Source: an uncultured delta proteobacterium (GTDB lineage Bacteria; Myxococcota_A; Polyangia; Fen-1088). From it: a stretch of DNA of 64,000 nt. The first letter of the stretch is position 1. Every line of letters starts with the position of its first letter. Of this stretch, positions 46,552 to 55,723 are shown piece by piece. A program made the position numbers and the translations under genes. The stretch lies in contig CAVYGB010000001.1 in NCBI GenBank assembly GCA_963767925.1, positions 411,866 to 475,865 of the forward strand, read 5' to 3'. A model generated the notes under the pieces. That model made no database searches and was not told where the DNA came from. It saw nothing but the letters and a program-made list of their open reading frames with translations.

Positions 46552-47819
46552 CGGACGCGCACCCGCGCGGCGATCGCCTCTCGCGTCGGCGGCACCAGCG
46601 GCAGATCCGGCAGCGAAGCGGCGGCCGTGGCGACGTCCTTGAGCCCGGTGCCGGTCAGCAGGCAGCAGACCGACGCGCCCGCCGCGATGGTGCCCTCCGC
46701 CCGCAGCCGGCGCAGGCCGGCGAGCGCCACCGCGCTGGCCGGCTCGACGAACAGGCCCTCGTCGGTGGCCAGGGTCCGCTGCAGCTCCAGGGTCTCGTCG
46801 TCCGGGACGGCGACGGCGGCCCCGCCCGACTCGCGGACGCCCGGCAGGGCCACGTGGGCATCGAAGACGACGTCGTCGGCGATGGCGCCGGCCACCGTGC
46901 GGATCTCCGGCCAGGCCTCGCGGCTGGCCTGCTGCACCGAGCGCCCCTCCCGCACCGCCGCGACGAAGGGCGCACAGCCGGCGGCCTGCACCCCCGCCAG
47001 CCGGGGTAGCCGATCAACCAGCCCCAGCGCGCGCAGCTCGCCGAGCGCCCGCCACAGCAGGCCGAGGTTGCCGCCCCCGCCAACCGGGGCGATGAGCCAG
47101 TCGGGCAGCTCGAAGCCAGTCTGCTCGGCCAGCTCGTAGACGATCGTCTTGGCCCCCTCGAGGACGAAGGGGTTGTAGCGGGCGGTTGTCGAGACGATGT
47201 ACCAGCCCAGCTCCCGGCTGGCCCAGAGCAGGAGGTCGAAGATGACCGCCGGCGAGGGGTGGTCGACCCGCACGAGATCGGCCCCGTACATGGCGATCTG
47301 CACCAGCTTGCCCTGGGGGACCGTGCGCGGCACGAAGATGCGCGCCGACAGCCCGGCCGCCGCGGCGTAGGCCGCCGCCGACGCGCCCACGTTCCCGGAG
47401 GACTGCACCGCCACCGTCTGGCACCCCAGCTCGCGCGCCCGGGCGATCCCCACCGCCAGCATGCGGTCCTTGAACGAGCCGGTCGGGTTGCGGGCCTCGT
47501 CCTTGAGGTACAGCGCCTCCACCCCGAGGCGCGCCCCCAGCCGGCGCGCCCGCAGCAGCGGCGTGCCGCCCTCACCCAGCGACACGACGGCCGCGGGATC
47601 GCGCACCGGCAGCAGCGGCAGGTAGCGGAACACCCCCGGCAGCCCGGGCGCCCGCGGCACCCCGGCCGCCCGGGCGACCGGAGCGAGCCCCGCCAGGTCG
47701 TAGTCGATCAGCCACGAGCCGTCGCAGTCCGGACAGCGCATCGCCGGCGCGTCGGCGGGGTCGATCCGTCCACACCCGGAGCAGCGCAATCGAAAGCCAG
47801 GCAACGTCCCGTCAGCCAT
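46548..47819 (-). CDS. thrC: Threonine synthase-like PLP enzyme with N-terminal Zn ribbon
   Basis: CxxC...CxxC, SLGEGGTPL, NPTGSFKDR, SSGN, PVGGGG, TGTGLKD. Confidence 0.8.
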   Translation of the reverse strand: MADGTLPGFRLRCSGCGRIDPADAPAMRCPDCDGSWLIDYDLAGLAPVARAAGVPRAPGLPGVFRYLPLLPVRDPAAVVSLGEGGTPLLRARRLGARLGVEALYLKDEARNPTGSFKDRMLAVGIARARELGCQTVAVQSSGNVGASAAAYAAAAGLSARIFVPRTVPQGKLVQIAMYGADLVRVDHPSPAVIFDLLLWASRELGWYIVSTTARYNPFVLEGAKTIVYELAEQTGFELPDWLIAPVGGGGNLGLLWRALGELRALGLVDRLPRLAGVQAAGCAPFVAAVREGRSVQQASREAWPEIRTVAGAIADDVVFDAHVALPGVRESGGAAVAVPDDETLELQRTLATDEGLFVEPASAVALAGLRRLRAEGTIAAGASVCCLLTGTGLKDVATAAASLPDLPLVPPTREAIAARVRVR

Positions 47820-47986
47820 CGGAGCGCCGCCACAGTACCACCGAACCCCCGCCGGCAACCCCGCCGCCGGCGTCGCTCCGGGACCGAGGGCGGGGACCGG
47901 GCCCTGGCTCACCCAGGCGCGGGGCGTCCCGGCGGGGACCTGCGGGCCGAGCGGCCAGGCCGACGAAAATATCGCAGACTGACGGC

Positions 47987-48110
47987 GTGTGGCCTCGGCC
48001 CCGTCTCCGGTCTGCGCTGAGCGTCCTCGTGCTGGGCATTTTCGCGCTCGGCTTTGCGGGATGCACCCACGCGCCCTGGAACCCGTACCGCGGGTGGCGG
48101 GTCACGGGCA
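47987..48110 (+). pseudogene. Isolated lipoprotein N-terminus
   Basis: LSVLVLGIFALGFAGC-THAPWNPYRGWR, after which the coding character is lost. Confidence 0.3.
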
Positions 48111-48311
48111 GGGCGCAGGCCGGGAGGCCGCTGGCGTCGGGTACACAGAACAATCTCCCCACCCTGAACTGTCGTTTCAGCCGACTCCTCCCTGGGCGGG
48201 CGGGGTGGTCCAGCGGGCGGCGAAGTGGCCGACCAATCGGCGAAGGATGGGAGACCGGGGTCCGTGGTTGCCAGGGTGGCGGGGTGGGGGGATCATGCCG
48301 GCGGAGGTCAC

Positions 48312-49262
48312 ATGAAAACGTTCACTCTGTTGTCGCTGGCGCTCGGGTTCCTGCTTGCCCCGCCGGTGGCTCTGGCCGATCGCGGCGGAAAGCCGAAGCA
48401 GGTGCTCTTCTTCACGAAGTCGTCCGGATACGAGCACTCGGTGATCAAGGCCGAAGCCGGCGGGAAGAGCCTGGCGCACGCGGTGCTCGACGAGCTGGGC
48501 GCCGCCAACGGCTTCGTCGTGACCCACACGAAGGACGGGGGGGCGTTCACCGCCGAGGGCATCGCCAAGTACGACGCGTTCATCTTCTACACGACCGGCG
48601 ATCTCACGACGCCGGGGAACGACAAGAACCCGCCCATGTCGGCCGAGGGCAAGGCCGCCTTCCTCGACGCCATCGCCAAGGGCAAGGGCTTCGTCGCCAT
48701 GCACCCCGGGACCGACACCTTTCACAGCCCGGTCGCCGCCTTCGAGCCCACCGGCGGGACGACCGACCCGTACATCGCGATGATCGGCGGCGAGTTCATC
48801 AAACACGGGCAGCAGCAGAAGGCCAAGGTGGTCTGCGCCGACTCCCGCTTCCCTGGCTTCGCCGGCTGCAAGGACAGCTTCGACATCCTCGAGGAGTGGT
48901 ACTCGTTCAAGGAGCTGGCGCGTGATCTGCACGTGCTGCAGTGGCTGGCGACCTGGACCATGAAGAACACCGGCGGCGACAGCGTCTACCGGCGCGCCCC
49001 GTACCCCGTCACCTGGGCCCGCAAACACGGCAAGGGCCGGGTGTTCTACACGGCGCTCGGCCACCGCGACGACGTCTGGGCCAGTCCGCTCTTCCGGAGC
49101 TGGCTGGTCGGCGGGATCAAGTGGGCGACCGGGATGGTCACCGCGTCGGTGAAGCCGAACGTCGCCACCGTGACCCCCGGCTTCGCCGAGATCCCCCCGC
49201 AAGACCCACCCCCGCCCAGGCCCAGCACCCCACCCACGACCGCCGCCAAGCCCGCGCCCTAG
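48312..49262 (+). CDS. Secreted ThuA-domain protein
   Basis: VLFFTKSSGYEH, FYTTGD, GKGFVAMH, EEWY, GKGRVFYTALGH; RBS ggagg. Confidence 0.88.
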   Translation: MKTFTLLSLALGFLLAPPVALADRGGKPKQVLFFTKSSGYEHSVIKAEAGGKSLAHAVLDELGAANGFVVTHTKDGGAFTAEGIAKYDAFIFYTTGDLTTPGNDKNPPMSAEGKAAFLDAIAKGKGFVAMHPGTDTFHSPVAAFEPTGGTTDPYIAMIGGEFIKHGQQQKAKVVCADSRFPGFAGCKDSFDILEEWYSFKELARDLHVLQWLATWTMKNTGGDSVYRRAPYPVTWARKHGKGRVFYTALGHRDDVWASPLFRSWLVGGIKWATGMVTASVKPNVATVTPGFAEIPPQDPPPPRPSTPPTTAAKPAP

Positions 49263-49501
49263 CGCAGCGCCCAACCGCCGCGCGCAGGTCCGCCTCCGCC
49301 ACGGGGCTGCTGGGCGCCGGGATCGCGACGCTGTCGTCGCGATCTCCTGTCCGAACCGAGGGGCGGCCGGGCGCGCACGTGGTGAAAACCTCGTGATTCC
49401 ACGTTGCGCGCTCGGACGGCGGGCGGGGCGACTCCTGGCAAGGGAGATGCTTGGTTGGCCGACGCGGCTGGCCTCCTTCCGGGCCCGCCGCGAGGATCAC
49501 C

Positions 49502-49968
49502 ATGCGTCACGCCCTTCTCGCCGCCGGCCTGTTCACCCTCTCGATCTCTGCTTGCTTCGGGCAGACCATGCCGGGGGCGGCGCCAGGTCGCCGCCCGTCC
49601 GCCCCGCGCTCGCCGACCTGGCCCTCGAGAACGTGACCGAAGGCTGCGTGAACGAGACCTTCTCCGCCGCCATCGCCCTGTGGCAGGCCCGCCGCGCCGC
49701 CGGCCCCGAGGTGCGGGCCGCGATGGCCGCGATCGCCGAGGACGAGCTTTCCCACGCCCAGCTCGCCTGGGACGTCCACCTCTGGGCCAGCCGCCGCCTC
49801 GGCCCCGCCGCCACCGAGGAGCTGGAGCAGGCCCGCGCCGAGGCCGCCCGCCACCTCCTCGCCGCCTGCGCCCGCCCCATCGATCCCGACCTCGTCACCC
49901 ACGCCGGCTTCCCCGACGCGGCCAGCGCCACCGGCCTGGCGCTGCAGGCCCAGCCGCTGTGGAGCTGA
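49502..49968 (+). pseudogene. Collapsed ferritin-like-domain lipoprotein
   Basis: Signal MRHALL...ISAC joined out of frame to LALENVTEGCVNETFSA...IAEDELSHAQLAW. Confidence 0.55.
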
Positions 49969-50065
49969 AGGCCGCCCGGGGCCTCTCCGCTGTGGCGAAG
50001 CCCCGCCCCGCTGACTAGACTGCCGGGTCGGTGGCGGCCGAGCGCCGCCCCAAGGAGGCAAGCCC

Positions 50066-50584
50066 ATGAAGGTCGAGTCCCACCGGTTCGAGGACGACGG
50101 CGTCTTTCCGAACGGACGTTATCCGGCCCTCGTCTATCGGGGCATCCTGGACCCGAAGGCGGATCTGGCCAGCGGCTTCGACGAGCTGTTCGCGCGCAAC
50201 GGCTGGACCAGCTCCTGGCGCAACGGCCTCTACACCTTCCACCACTACCACAGCACCGCGCACGAGGTCCTCGGCATCTACCGGGGCAACGTGCGCATCG
50301 CCCTCGGCGGCCCCGGCCGCGGCGGCCGCCTCGTCGAGCTGCAGGCCGGTGACGTGGTCGTCGTCCCCGCCGGCCTGGCCCACAAGAACGACCACCAGTC
50401 GCCCGACTTCGGCACCGTCGGCGCGTACCCCCGCGGCACCAGCTACGACATGATGTACGGCAAGAAGGCCGAACGCCCGGGGGCCGACCGCAACATCGAC
50501 CGCGTCCTCCTCCCCCCCAGCGACCCCGTCGAGGGCCCCCGCGGCTCCCTCCCCCAGCTCTGGAAGATGCCCACCCGCGGCTGA
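50066..50584 (+). CDS. Cupin-domain protein (YjlB-like)
   Basis: FHHYHSTAHEVLG, GDVVVVPAGLAH, VGAYP. Confidence 0.88.
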   Translation: MKVESHRFEDDGVFPNGRYPALVYRGILDPKADLASGFDELFARNGWTSSWRNGLYTFHHYHSTAHEVLGIYRGNVRIALGGPGRGGRLVELQAGDVVVVPAGLAHKNDHQSPDFGTVGAYPRGTSYDMMYGKKAERPGADRNIDRVLLPPSDPVEGPRGSLPQLWKMPTRG

Positions 50585-50662
50585 CAGCCCGAAGGGGCAC
50601 GACATCCCGCTCGTGACCGGCAGCGACTCCGGCGACCGGCTCTCCGGCGCCCTCGCGCCGTC

Positions 50663-51640
50663 TCATCCCCGCGGTCGGGGGCCGGCGCCCGACCGCACGG
50701 CGCCCTGACCCGCGAGGAAGCGGGCCAGGTAAGGCGCGGTCCGGCTGTCGCGCGCGCGGGCCAGCTCGGCGGGAGGGCCGGCGGCCACCACCCGGCCACC
50801 CTCCTCGCCGGCGCCCGGACCGATGTCCATCACCCCACCTCGGCGATGTTGCGGTCCCGGTAGGCGATCTCCAGCGTCTTCGGGTTGTAGCGGGCGCCCC
50901 CGCAGGCCGGACAGGGGGCATAGACGCTGGGCAGGAAGAGCAGCTCGACGCTGACGAACCCCTCTCCCTCGCAGGTCTCGCAGCGCCCCTTGCGCACGTT
51001 GAACGAGAACCGGCCGGCGTCGTAGCGGCGCGCCCGCGCCCCGGGCGTGGCGGCGAAGATCTTGCGAATCGGATCGAACAGGCCGGTGTAGGTAGCCAGA
51101 TTGGATCGGGGGGTGCGGCCGATGGGCCGCTGGTCGACCTGGACCAGGCGTTCGATTCTTTCCAGCCCGCCCGCGATCCGCCCGCCGAGGGTGGCGATCT
51201 CGGTTCGTTCCAGGGCCGCCTCGGCGTCGTCGGCGGTTCGACAGCGTCGTCACGCTGCCGACCGACGAACGGGTGGTGGGCGAGCCGCGCTGCTGCTGCA
51301 GCGCCACCGCCGGCGGCAGCCCATCGATGCTGTCCACCTGGGGCACCGCCATCTGATGGAACAGCCGGCGCGCGTAAGGCGACACCGACTCCAGGTAGCG
51401 CCGCTGCGCCTCCGCGTACAGCGTCCCGAACGCCAGCGACGACTTCCCCGAACCGGAGATCCCCGTGAACACCACCAGGGCATCGCGGGGGATGTCCAGG
51501 TCGACACCCTTCAAGTTGTGCTCCCGAGCCCCCCTCACCCGCACGAACCCCGCGCGGCCGTTCGAGGAGTCCCTGCCGTCGTCGGAGCGCACCCCATCAA
51601 CATAGGCCCTCGTCCACGAGACGGACGGGATCGAGACCAT
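50663..51640 (-). pseudogene. uvrA: UvrA-family ATPase with two large internal deletions
   Basis: GAREHNLK...[12 protein letters not shown]...SVTTLSN | [13 protein letters not shown]...[14 protein letters not shown]...NIAEV | [12 protein letters not shown]. Three blocks in about 1 kb. Confidence 0.9.
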
Positions 51641-51851
51641 GAGAACGCCCGTGTCTTCAGCCTACGTCTGACCTCATCCGCACGATCGCCTGCGCGTTGG
51701 CCTGCACCCCATCGGAAGCTCATCGAGGAGAGCCCCAACGAGTTCCGGCGGCGGGCCATCCTCGGCACCGCCCGCCCGGGCGCTGTTTGAAGCGGCCTGA
51801 GTAGAGGCCCGGGAGCGCGACCCGGCTGTTCGCGTCCCGATCCGGACTCAA

Positions 51852-51958
51852 GATCGGCAGACTAGATCGGCGATAGTCGCCGCAAATCGACCAAAAAGGT
51901 TATAATTACGAAGTTTTGTGGTCGAAGACGATCGGCAGAGATTCTCAGAAAGATCGGC
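51852..51958. repeat. Four GATCGGC direct repeats around an AT-rich inverted repeat upstream of fic
   Basis: GATCGGC at 51852, 51865, 51930, 51952; TCGACCA...TGGTCGA (51887-51925) enclosing TATAAT (51901). Confidence 0.6.
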
Positions 51959-52042
51959 GGTATCGCTCTGGTCCTCGACGTCCAGCCCGTTCACCTGGCT
52001 CGCCGATAGCGGTTCAACTCACCCGCAGACCGGACCACTCGA

Positions 52043-52950
52043 ATGTCAGCAGAGTCGCCGACGCGGATAGAACCGTGTGAGCTCGAGAGCCTGCCCGCCA
52101 CGCTCTCGAACGCCATCGTCGAGCTGGGTCAGCGTACGGCCGTGCTGGGCTCCAGGATCCATCCCCAGACCGAAGCATTCAGATGCTTCCTGGGGAATTC
52201 CGCAGCCGCCCCGAGCAAGATGTCTCGGTCGGTCGGCACCAGCCGCCGCCGAGCAGCGAAGTAGACCGGTTCATGGACTACTTCGCCCGACGCTTTCAGC
52301 TTTCGGTCCTGGGGCCCGCCCAGAAGATCGTCGCCACGGCCGCGGCTCATCACCGATTCAATTACATCCACCCTTTCCCCGACGGCAATGGCCGGGTCAG
52401 CCGATTGATGTCCCACGCGATGGCTCTGAGCGCCGGCATCGGGGCGCACGGACTCTGGTCGATCTCACGGGGCCTCGCTCGAGGCCTGGGAGATCGCACC
52501 CAGTACAAACGCATGATGGACGCGGCCGACTCGCCCCGAACGAGCGACACCGACGGAAGAGGCAATCTCTCCGCGAAGGCATTGCTCGACTTCGTCGCCT
52601 GGTTTGTCGAGGTGGCGCTGGATCAAGTCAGATTCATGGGCAATCTCTTCGAGTTCGACCGGCTTCGGGAGCGCCTGCAGCAATATGTGGCTGGCCTGGG
52701 CCGGTCCGGAGCCGAAGCGACAGCGTTGATCGACGAGGTCTTCCTTCGCGGGCAAATTCCCCGTGGTGAAGCGGCTCGGATTACGAAACGACCGGAGCGA
52801 ACCGCTCGCGATATTCTGGCCAAGCTCGTGAAGGCTGGCCTGTTGACCTCGGAGACGCCCAAGGGAGACGTCTTTTTGCGGTTTTCCAGCGATTCCGCCC
52901 AGTTCCTGTTTCCCTTGCTGTTTCAAGGCACTCCCGACGACCCTGCGTGA
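52043..52950 (+). pseudogene. Fic-family protein with N-terminal internal deletion and frameshift
   Basis: ESPTRIEPC...IHPQT in one frame; PGEFR...HPFPDGNGRVSR and a C-terminal HTH-like region in another. Break near 52170-52183. Confidence 0.8.
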
Positions 52951-53302
52951 CGTGGGCGGGCAAGGACCCGCTGATCGTCCAGGGCTACTTCGTCCCGCAG
53001 ATCATCGAATGGCGCCTGGTGGGCGTCACCGTCGGAGCCATCGATCCCGCCTTGCGGGGACCGCAGTAGCTCGGCGTGCGTCACCCGCGGCCCGCCTCGG
53101 CTCCTCACGTTCCGACCCGCCGCTCACGCCCGAACGACCGAATTCTCCCTCGCGATCGGCGCTGTTCTCGCCGGGGTCGCGCCCTACTTGACCTTTCGTG
53201 CGTGGGGAACCAAAGATGCCCCATGAGACCGCTACGCGCGGCGCGCTGTTTTCACTCGCCGGGAGGGTCCAAGTGATGCCAGCGTTTCGCTCCGGGCGCG
53301 TC

Positions 53303-54817
53303 ATGGTTCACCGCCTCGTCCCCTTGCTGGGGGTAGCGTTTTTCGCCGTGGGGGCCTGCAAGCTGGATCCGGTCCTCGTCGTCGGCGCACCGATGGACGC
53401 CAACCCAGGCGGCCGGACGTCCACCCGGGGCGGAGATCCGGTTCTCGACGCCGGCTCACCGGTCGACGTCAACCCAGCCGACCAGACCTCTGGCCAGGAC
53501 GGAGCTGGCTCGGCCGGCGCCGGGACGGATGGGTCGTCGACGGCGATCGACCCCCCCGCCCCGCCCCCCAGCGACGCCAGCACCGTGGCGGCCTGCTCGA
53601 ATCAGGATCAGCCGGTCGTTCGTCTCGAGGGAACGCTGGCGACCAACCTCGAGACCGTCTGCGAGCGGCGTTACCTGCTGGTCGGAAGGGTCACGGTGAG
53701 GACCGGTGTGACCCTCACCGTTGCCCCCGGAACCGTGATCCTCGGCGACAGCGACACCAAGGGGACCTTGATCGTCCAGCCAGGCGGGCAACTGCGCGCC
53801 AGAGGAGCGGCCGACCGACCCATCGTCTTCACCAGCTCCCTCCCTCCGGACGCTCGGCGGCCAGGTGATTGGGGCGGCGTGGTGCTCCTGGGCCGCGCCC
53901 CCACCAACGGACAGCGCCGGCCAGGCAACGACGGTACAGCAGGGGCCGCCTACGGCGGCACCGACGCGGCCGACAGCAGTGGGGTGCTCCAGTTCGTCCG
54001 CATCGAATACGGCGGAGGAACCCCAGGCAACGCAGGGACGGTCAGCGGCTTGAAGCTCGCCGGCGTCGGGCGAGGCACGACCCTCGACCACGTCGAGGTC
54101 CGCCAGACCAGCGGCGCCTGCTTCGAGTTCGCGGGGGGCACCGCCAACGGCGCGTATCTGGTCTGCCAGGGGAGCCGCGGCACCGGCTTCGACTGGCACG
54201 AAGGCTATCGAGGCAACCTTCAGTTCCTGGTCGTCCAGATGGATCCGGCCAGCGACACCGAAGCGAACGCCTTCGCGATCGACAACAACAACGGCCCCGG
54301 CCGGCCGCCCACCACCGAGCCAACCATCTTCAACGCCACCCTCTGTGGCCGCAACCGCCCGAGCGCCGGCGAGACCTACGGCGTTCTCGTGCGCCGGAGC
54401 GCCCGGGTGCATCTCCGCAACGCCCTGATCACCGGGTTCGATGCCGGCGTCGACGTTCGCGACCTGGGTCCTGCCATCGATGTCCTGAGTAGCGTCTTCT
54501 GGGGTCAGCTATCGAGGCCAATCGCCTTCGAGGAGAACGGCGGCAACGCGACGACCCAGCGGAACGACGACGGCGGCTTCGACGAGACTAGCGCGGTGAA
54601 CGAACCCGCCCGCCAGAACCGGACCGCGACCCCCCAGGCCGGCGACTGCTTCAACCGCACCCAGCTGGCCCTCCGACCGCCCCGCGCCCTCCCCGAGGCC
54701 CCGATCCAGCTAGACCGAAACCCCTTCTTCGACGCCCAGGCAAAGTACATCGGCGCCTTCCGCGACCTCGACGACCCCTGGGCCACCGGCCCGTGGCTGG
54801 TCTGGTCAGACCGCTGA
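53303..54817 (+). CDS. Lipoprotein with a right-handed beta-helix domain
   Basis: Lipobox VGAC; TLTVAPGTVILG, GAADRPIVFTS, PGDWGGVVLLG, SSGVLQFVRIEY. Confidence 0.8.
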   Translation: MVHRLVPLLGVAFFAVGACKLDPVLVVGAPMDANPGGRTSTRGGDPVLDAGSPVDVNPADQTSGQDGAGSAGAGTDGSSTAIDPPAPPPSDASTVAACSNQDQPVVRLEGTLATNLETVCERRYLLVGRVTVRTGVTLTVAPGTVILGDSDTKGTLIVQPGGQLRARGAADRPIVFTSSLPPDARRPGDWGGVVLLGRAPTNGQRRPGNDGTAGAAYGGTDAADSSGVLQFVRIEYGGGTPGNAGTVSGLKLAGVGRGTTLDHVEVRQTSGACFEFAGGTANGAYLVCQGSRGTGFDWHEGYRGNLQFLVVQMDPASDTEANAFAIDNNNGPGRPPTTEPTIFNATLCGRNRPSAGETYGVLVRRSARVHLRNALITGFDAGVDVRDLGPAIDVLSSVFWGQLSRPIAFEENGGNATTQRNDDGGFDETSAVNEPARQNRTATPQAGDCFNRTQLALRPPRALPEAPIQLDRNPFFDAQAKYIGAFRDLDDPWATGPWLVWSDR

Positions 54818-54850
54818 GCCGCCCGCCGCGCCCGGAACGCGACGTAGACA

Positions 54851-54875
54851 GCCCGTTCTAACGGGCCCCCTTTTT
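54851..54875 (+). terminator. Probable intrinsic terminator
   Basis: gcccgtt-ct-aacgggc hairpin followed by cccc-ttttt. Confidence 0.4.
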
Positions 54876-54948
54876 CCAGCTGGCGGGCGCCAAGGTGGAA
54901 GGACCTCGGCCGCCGGTGGGGGAGCGCATAGGTGTTCTGGCATCGTGG

Positions 54949-54964
54949 TACTACCGTGGTAGTA
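54949..54964. promoter_or_regulatory. Palindromic operator of the toxin-antitoxin module
   Basis: TACTACC-gt-GGTAGTA just upstream of the antitoxin start. Confidence 0.6.
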
Positions 54965-54971
54965 TTCATCG

Positions 54972-55298
54972 ATGTCGACCAAGAGGAGCGCTCGCGTCCG
55001 ACGCGGCAAGCTCAGCGGTCGGGCGGGCCGAACGTCGGAGCACAGCAGCTCACGGAAGCGCCTACCTTCGAAGTCCAAGAAGCTGGCCATTTCGTTCGAG
55101 GGTTCTCTGGCTGAGCAAGTAATCGGTGCGGCCAGGTTGGAGTCCGAAGGAAACGTCTCCGCCTGGCTGGCTGAAGCCGCTCGACTCCGTTTGCGCCAGA
55201 AGGCATTGCGAGAGGCGCTCGCGGCGTACGAAGCCGAACATGGAGAGATCACGCAGGCTGAACTGAACGAGGTGCGTCGCGCGTGGCCAGCGGACTGA
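54972..55298 (+). CDS. Putative ribbon-helix-helix antitoxin
   Basis: KKLAISF...NVSAWLAEAA...LAAYEAEHGEITQAEL; overlaps the PIN gene. Confidence 0.75.
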   Translation: MSTKRSARVRRGKLSGRAGRTSEHSSSRKRLPSKSKKLAISFEGSLAEQVIGAARLESEGNVSAWLAEAARLRLRQKALREALAAYEAEHGEITQAELNEVRRAWPAD

Positions 55299-55675
55299 CG
55301 CTCGATAGCGGAGCGCTCATCGCGATCGACAAGGGCGGGAGCGCCGGTCGGCGCGTCTGGGCTCTGGTCAAGGAGGCCCTTTCGCGAGACGTGTCGGTCA
55401 CGCTGCCCGCGGGTGCGTTGGCGCAGGCTTGGCGAGGACCGAACCCCGTGCAAATCGCCCGCCTGCTACCCGGGTGTGAGATCGAACATCTCGATGAGGA
55501 ACTGGCGAAAGCCGTCGGAAGGCTTCTGACCAGAACGCGCACGCAAGACGTCGTGGACGCCTCGATCGCCATCGGGGCTACGAAGAGAGGTGACGCCATC
55601 GTAACCTCGGATCCGACGGACTTCGCTCATCTCATACAGCAAGCCTCTCGCCAGGTTCGGATCGTGACGATCTGA
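55283..55675 (+). CDS. PIN-domain toxin (VapC-like)
   Basis: LTLDSGALIA, DVVDAS, IVTSDPTDF. Confidence 0.85.
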   Translation: MASGLTLDSGALIAIDKGGSAGRRVWALVKEALSRDVSVTLPAGALAQAWRGPNPVQIARLLPGCEIEHLDEELAKAVGRLLTRTRTQDVVDASIAIGATKRGDAIVTSDPTDFAHLIQQASRQVRIVTI

Positions 55676-55723
55676 ACCCCGACGCACCTCAGGGAACGCG
55701 GCGACCCGCCGACAGAGAGGAAC

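Noticed and set aside
51895..51920. loxP- or dif-like site
   Set aside because: One arm resembles loxP (aacttcgta on the minus strand) but there is no matching second arm or XerD consensus.
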